A DNA stretch of 64,000 nt from Macrostomum lignano (lineage: Eukaryota). The notes under the pieces were generated by a model. The model saw nothing but the letters and a program-made list of their open reading frames with translations. It was not told the DNA's origin and made no database searches. The translations under genes were made by a program, and so were the position numbers. The stretch lies in the NCBI GenBank assembly GCA_002269645.1, contig NIVC01000169.1, forward strand, positions 372,001 through 436,000. Reading direction: 5' to 3'. Shown piece after piece: positions 58,855 through 64,000 of the stretch (its first letter is position 1; each line of letters opens with the position of its first letter).

Positions 58855-59192
58855 AGGAGGATGAGTTGCTGGTGAGGAGGAGTTGCTGGTGAGGAGGAGG
58901 GGTTGCTGGTGTGGAGGAGGGGTTGCTGGTGAGGAGGAGGGGTTGCTGGTGTGGAGGAGGGGTTGCTGGTGAGGAGGAGGGGTTGCTGGTGTGGAGGAGG
59001 GGTTGCTGGTGAGGAGGAGGGGTTGCTGGTGTGGAGGAGGGGTTGCTGGTGTGGAGGAGGGGTTGCTGGTGAGGAGGAGGGGTTGCTGGTGAGGAGGAGG
59101 GGTTGCTGGTGAGGAGGAGGGGTTGCTGGTGAAGAGGGGTTGCTGGTGAGGAGGGGTTGCTGGTAAGGAGGGGTTGCTGGTGAGGAGGGGTT
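58855..59192. repeat. 20/21-bp G-rich repeat (ggggttgctggtgaggagga)
   Basis: Direct reading. Confidence 0.96.
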
Positions 59193-59589
59193 CCTGAAAT
59201 TCCTGGAAAAATAAGTCAGATTGAATGCTATTGGAATGATAGTTTTATCTGAATTTTAAACAGTTTAAAAGAGGTGACGAGTGGTTGAAAACAAAACACG
59301 GAACAGCAACGGAGTAGAATAACAAAATATACAATTGAATTACTCTTCGTTAATTGGCTCAATAAATCCGTTGCGTGAATTTACGCGTGAATTTCGACTC
59401 CAAAGTGAACTGTTACTAAAAAATACAATTCAATATCCAGATGGGTGTACATTTTGATCGGCAAATGATCTTAGCGTTACATGTACTTGTAACTGAGTCC
59501 AGAGAATATTTATTTTCAAATGTTTCTGAAAAAAAACGTTTGGAATCGAAACAGATGAAGTTTGATAGCTAGACAGATGATCTGAATTG

Positions 59590-60390
59590 GATAGAGATGA
59601 TCTGGATGGGATAGAGATGATCTGGATGGGATAGAGATAATCTAGATGGGATAGAGAGAAGCTGGATGGGATAGAGACGAGCTGGATGGGATAGAGAGAA
59701 GCTGGATGGGTTAGAGATGATCTGGATGGGATAGAGATAATCTAGATGGGATAGAGAGAAGCTGGATGGGATAGAGACGAGCTGGATGGGATAGAGAGAA
59801 GCTGGATGGGTTAGAGATGATCTGGATGGGATAGAGATAATCTAGATGGGATAGAGAGAAGCTGGATGGGATAGAGACGAGCTGGATGGGATAGAGAGAA
59901 GCTGGATGGGATAGACACAGGCTGGATGGGATAGAGACGAGCTGGATGGGATAGAGATGAGCTGGATGGGATAGAGACAAGCTGGATGGGATAGACACAG
60001 GCTGGATGGGATAGAGACGAGCTGGATGGGATAGAGATGAGCTGGATGGGATAGAGACAAGCTGGATGGGATAGACACAGGCTGGATGGGATAGAGATGA
60101 GCTGGATGGGATAGAGACAAGCTGGAAGGGATAGACACAGGCTGGATGGGATAGAGATGAGCTGGATGGGATAGAGACAAGCTGGATGGGATAGACACAG
60201 GCTGGATGGGATAGAGACAAGCTGGATGGGATAGACACAGGCTGGATGGGATAGAGACAAGCTGGATGGGATAGACACAGGCTGGATGGGATAGAGACAA
60301 GCTGGATGGGATAGACACAGGCTGGATGGGATAGAGACAATCTGGATGGGATAGAGACGATCTGGATGGGATAGAAATGATTTGGATGGG
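59590..60390. repeat. 20-bp minisatellite (ctggatgggatagagacgag) x ~40 just 3' of the GPCR stop
   Basis: Direct reading. Confidence 0.97.
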
Positions 60391-60426
60391 ATACAGACGA
60401 ATTTTGAAGCAGCTTGATACTGAGTC

Positions 60427-60498
60427 TCAATCGATCGGGTGGATGCCCTGCGAGTCGGCGTTGCTTCCCAGCTCCATCATGGGCACCATCTCTGGAAC

Positions 60499-60544
<46 letters not shown>

Positions 60545-61316
60545 GGCTTACGCATTGTTGGCATCCTTTTGATAGTGATCTTCCTGTAGCGGTCCAGCAG
60601 GCCCGAATACGTGCTCCGTCGCCCGTTGCTGTCAGAAGCCGGCAGGCTGAGCTGATAAGCCTGAGTCGAAGCCTGATAGAACCTGTTCGATTTCTCCCTG
60701 CGCCGGCGAACGGTGAACATTCGCTTCATCTCGCTGCGAAAGTAATTACTAGCGTAGGAATACAGGAAAAAGTTGACGCTATAGGTCATGTAGTAGAGAG
60801 TCTTGGTGATGTAGATAGCATTGCCCAGGCGCCACTGGTTCAGGCCGACCATTGCATTCTCGAAGCTCAACGAAGTCGACAGGTCCGACTTGATGTTGAA
60901 TTTAATTATGAAATTGGTCACCCAGCACAGGTAATAGGGCCAGGTGAGAACCAGGAAGGTGGTGGACACCAGCACTAGCAGGAAAGCGAACTGGTGACCA
61001 ACAACGTCGTGATTCATGCAAGAACGCGACCGGCGGACAATGAGCAGGTGACGGGAGATCAGCGAGTTGAAGATGAACAGCAGGACCGACGGCACGATGG
61101 TCAGCATGGCGGCGTAGGACGTGTCCAGGACGAATAGCAGACGGGTGCTGACGCTGGGCCGCTGGCCGCAGCGGAAACCGTCGCCGGATCGCTGAGTGAC
61201 ATGCATGAACGGCTTCCATAGGCAGAGGATGTAGCAGACAGTCACGATCAGGAATATGATGCGGCGGGCGCTGCGCATGGTGCAGAACCGGCGGCGCAGC
61301 ATCGGGTGGCGGACTC
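60427..61316 (-). CDS. Class A (rhodopsin-like) peptide GPCR, FMRFamide/MIP-receptor-like, terminal exon (ICL2-TM4 to C-terminus); upstream exons not found in the window
   Basis: cccgcag acceptor (phase 1); VRHP...CTMRSARRII (ICL2/TM4), IVPSVLLFIFNSLI (TM5), LVLVSTTFLVLTWPYY (TM6), YYMTYSVNFFLYSYASNYFR (TM7 NFxLY variant typical of FMRFa/MIP/srw-like receptors); poly-Q tail. Confidence 0.88.
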
Positions 61317-61325
61317 CTGCGGGTT

Positions 61326-61600
61326 GGGGCGGATCAGCTGTAGACAGGGGGCGGATCTGCTGTAGACAGGGGGCGGATCTGCTGTAGACAGGGGGCGGAT
61401 CTGCTGTAGACAGGGGGCGGATCTGCTGTAGACAGGGGGCGGATCTGCTGTAGACAGGGGGCGGATCTGCTGTAGACAGGGGGCGGATTTGCTGTGTAGA
61501 TGGGGGCGGATCTGCTGTAGACAGGGGGCGGATTTGCTGTGTAGATGGGGGCGGATCTGCTGTAGACAGGGGGCGGATCTGCTGTAGACAGGGGGGGGAT
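61326..61600. repeat. 22-bp minisatellite (gggggcggatctgctgtagaca) x ~12 abutting the GPCR acceptor
   Basis: tagaca at 61341, 61363, and onward. Confidence 0.96.
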
Positions 61601-62579
61601 GTGGAGAAGCATGGAGAAGCTGAAGCCATCAGTGCTGGTGCGGCCCGAATCCCAGTGGAACGCTAGCAAAATTTGTTGAAAGATATTTTCGTTTAGAAAA
61701 TTTTTGGCCAAGCTGCGGCAACGATGATGGACAAGAAGAAAATTTCTTTGCACTTAAAGTGCAACTTTCAAATTCTCCCAGTTCGCAGACTGCTATATGC
61801 AGTGACGAATTTTCGAGGATTTCAAAAAGTTTCCTTCCCGGCAGACGGAAATTGGTGGCATCTCGAAAAAGCAGCGGGCATGTAAAATGCATTTTTCTTG
61901 GGCAAAGTGATCCTGTCAATTGTCTGCCCCCTTGTCCTAGTGTCTGTCCCAGTGTCTGTCCTAGTGTCTGTCTTAGTGTCTGTCCCAGTGTCTGTCCTAG
62001 TGCCTGTCTCAGTGCCTGTCCCAATGTCTGTCTTTGTGTCTGTCTGTCCTAGCGTTTGTCCATCCTAACTGGTAGTGCTGTCTCTCAGACCTGCTGATGG
62101 CTGCTGGACACTCGCGCATCCGCCATCTGTCAGGCCGTTAGTGTTTTTCTCTAAATTTTTAAAGCTCCCCAAAATGGCCGCCCCCTCAAATGTACTTTGC
62201 CGCTTTTGCAACACTTGTTACCAAAAAGACAACAACAGATAGCAGTTTCCTCAGCTGCAGTCTCCGGGGAATTGTGGAGAAGAACTGAAGCACTTCATCG
62301 ATCTTCTTCTCTGGTCGTCAGTCATCGAACTTGGGCACTTTCTCTACCCTGCACCGCCTCAGAGTTCAATGAGAGACAGCTCTTCAGCCTAACAGCCCGC
62401 CTGACTCTGCTCATTTGCTGTGTCCGAAAGCTCGCCTACTGAAGGCTCAAGGAGGGGCGGGTTGGGACCGAGAATGCCCAGATTGGATTATGCAGCCCCC
62501 ACCAGGCAGGATCCGCAATGTCACCTTCAATTATGGCTGAGTGCTGCGAGTGGGCAGGCTGGGGAATAACTGCAGCAGT

Positions 62580-62624
62580 CTGTCCGTCTGTCTGTCTTAG
62601 TGTCTGTCTGTCTGTCTGTCTTAG

Positions 62625-62657
<33 letters not shown>

Positions 62658-62708
62658 TAGTGTCTGTCTGTCTTAGTGTCTGTCTGTCTTAGTGTTTTAG
62701 TGTCTTAG

Positions 62709-62741
<33 letters not shown>

Positions 62742-62744
62742 TAG

Positions 62745-62777
<33 letters not shown>

Positions 62778-62970
62778 TAGTGTCTTAGTGTCTGTCTGTC
62801 TTAGTGTCTGTCTGTCTTAGTGTCTTAGTGTCTTAGTGTCTGTCTGTCTGTCTGTCTGTCTGTCTTAGTGTCTGTCTGTCTTAGTGTCTGTCTGTCTTAG
62901 TGTCTTAGTGTCTGTCTGTCTGTCTGTCTTAGTGTCTGTCTGTCTTAGTGTCTTTGTGTCTGTCTGTCTG
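62580..62970. repeat. (TGTC)n/ttagtgtc compound microsatellite (similar tract at 61925-62050)
   Basis: Direct reading. Confidence 0.96.
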
Positions 62971-63092
62971 AGTCTGACTGGCATACCAGGCACTCCTCAT
63001 CAGTCATTTATTGCGCATAAGGAGATTAACTTACGAGTAACTCCGTCCAGCTCCTTAGATTTTTATTATTCCTGGTCTCACCACTGGGCTCC

Positions 63093-63132
<40 letters not shown>

Positions 63133-63469
63133 AGCCGAGAAGTCGGCAAAATCAATTCTGCTACCGGGCAAACAGCCAAATCGATAATTGGTCACGTACT
63201 GCAAAGCCGCTCTGCGCTCGGCTCACAGCAGCTCAGCGGTGCTCCAGTGTTTGCGCAAAGCTTAACCTGCTCACCTGTTTTGAACTTAAGAGCGCCATTT
63301 GGCTTCTGCATTTTGCGGCTACTGGTCTGCCTTGGTTTTTCATTTGGATAATTTGCGTCACTGGGAAGCATTAGAGTTGGGCTATGTAGAAGATTGATTT
63401 TTTAAAGTTTCAATCTTAGATTAACATAATTTTCCAGATTGGTTTTCCAGGTGGATAGAAGATTTCTAG

Positions 63470-64000
63470 ATGAATAGAAGGATTATCCAGAAGAATATAG
63501 GGATTATCCTAATGAATGGAGGGATTATCCAGATGGATAGGATTATCCTAATGGATAGAGGGATTATCCAAATGAATAGAGGGATTATCCAGATGAATAG
63601 AGGGATTATCCAGATGAATAGAGGGATTATCCAAATGAATAGAGGGATTATCCAGAAGGATAGAGGGATTATCCTAATGAATGGAGGGATTATCCAGATG
63701 GATAGGATTATCCTAATGAATAGAGGGATTATCCTAATGGATAGAGGGATTATCCAAATGAATAGAGGGATTATCCAGATGGATAGAGGGATTATGCTAA
63801 TGAATAGAGGGATCATCCAAATGAATAGAGGGATTATCCAGATTAATAGAGGGATTATCCAGATGAATAGAGGGATTATCCAGATGAATAGAGGGATTAT
63901 CCAGATGAATAGAGGGATTATCCAGATGGATAGAGGGATTATCCAGATTAATAGAGGGATTATCCAGATGAATAGAGGGATTATCCAGATGAATAGAGGG
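63470..64000. repeat. 21-bp minisatellite (gaatagagggattatccagat), runs off the window end
   Basis: Direct reading. Confidence 0.97.

Noticed and set aside
61317-61629. N-terminal 104 aa of the 400-aa GPCR ORF
   Set aside because: It is translation of the intronic 22-bp array upstream of the real acceptor at 61317.

Overview
Eukaryotic (metazoan) genomic DNA, not prokaryotic. It has GC/CpG-rich spliced exons, introns packed with minisatellites and (TGTC)n, and AT-rich transposon debris. This architecture is most consistent with a free-living flatworm such as Macrostomum (inference only). Four protein-coding genes were reconstructed by hand from GT-AG junctions with consistent phases: MRPS10 (+, 3 exons, 11510-12507), WDR47 (-, 6 exons, 14203-21382), FNDC3 (+, 8 exons, 26986-53407, 9 FN3 domains plus a C-terminal TM anchor), and the last exon of a rhodopsin-class peptide GPCR (-, 60427-61316). 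TE remnants comprise two mariner fragments, a non-LTR RT fragment, two piggyBac remnants, hAT and MULE MITEs with TSDs, a tRNA-derived SINE and a collapsed Ty3/Gypsy pol. About 20 distinct tandem arrays are present. Two patterns stand out. (1) Nearly every large intron carries its own private minisatellite, often starting or ending within tens of bases of a splice site. (2) There are sharply bounded blocks of extreme CpG loss in which a decayed mariner shows CpG->TpA and CpA->TpA changes, a RIP-like signature, next to equally broken but CpG-rich TE relics. Most long ORFs in the supplied track are repeat artefacts.
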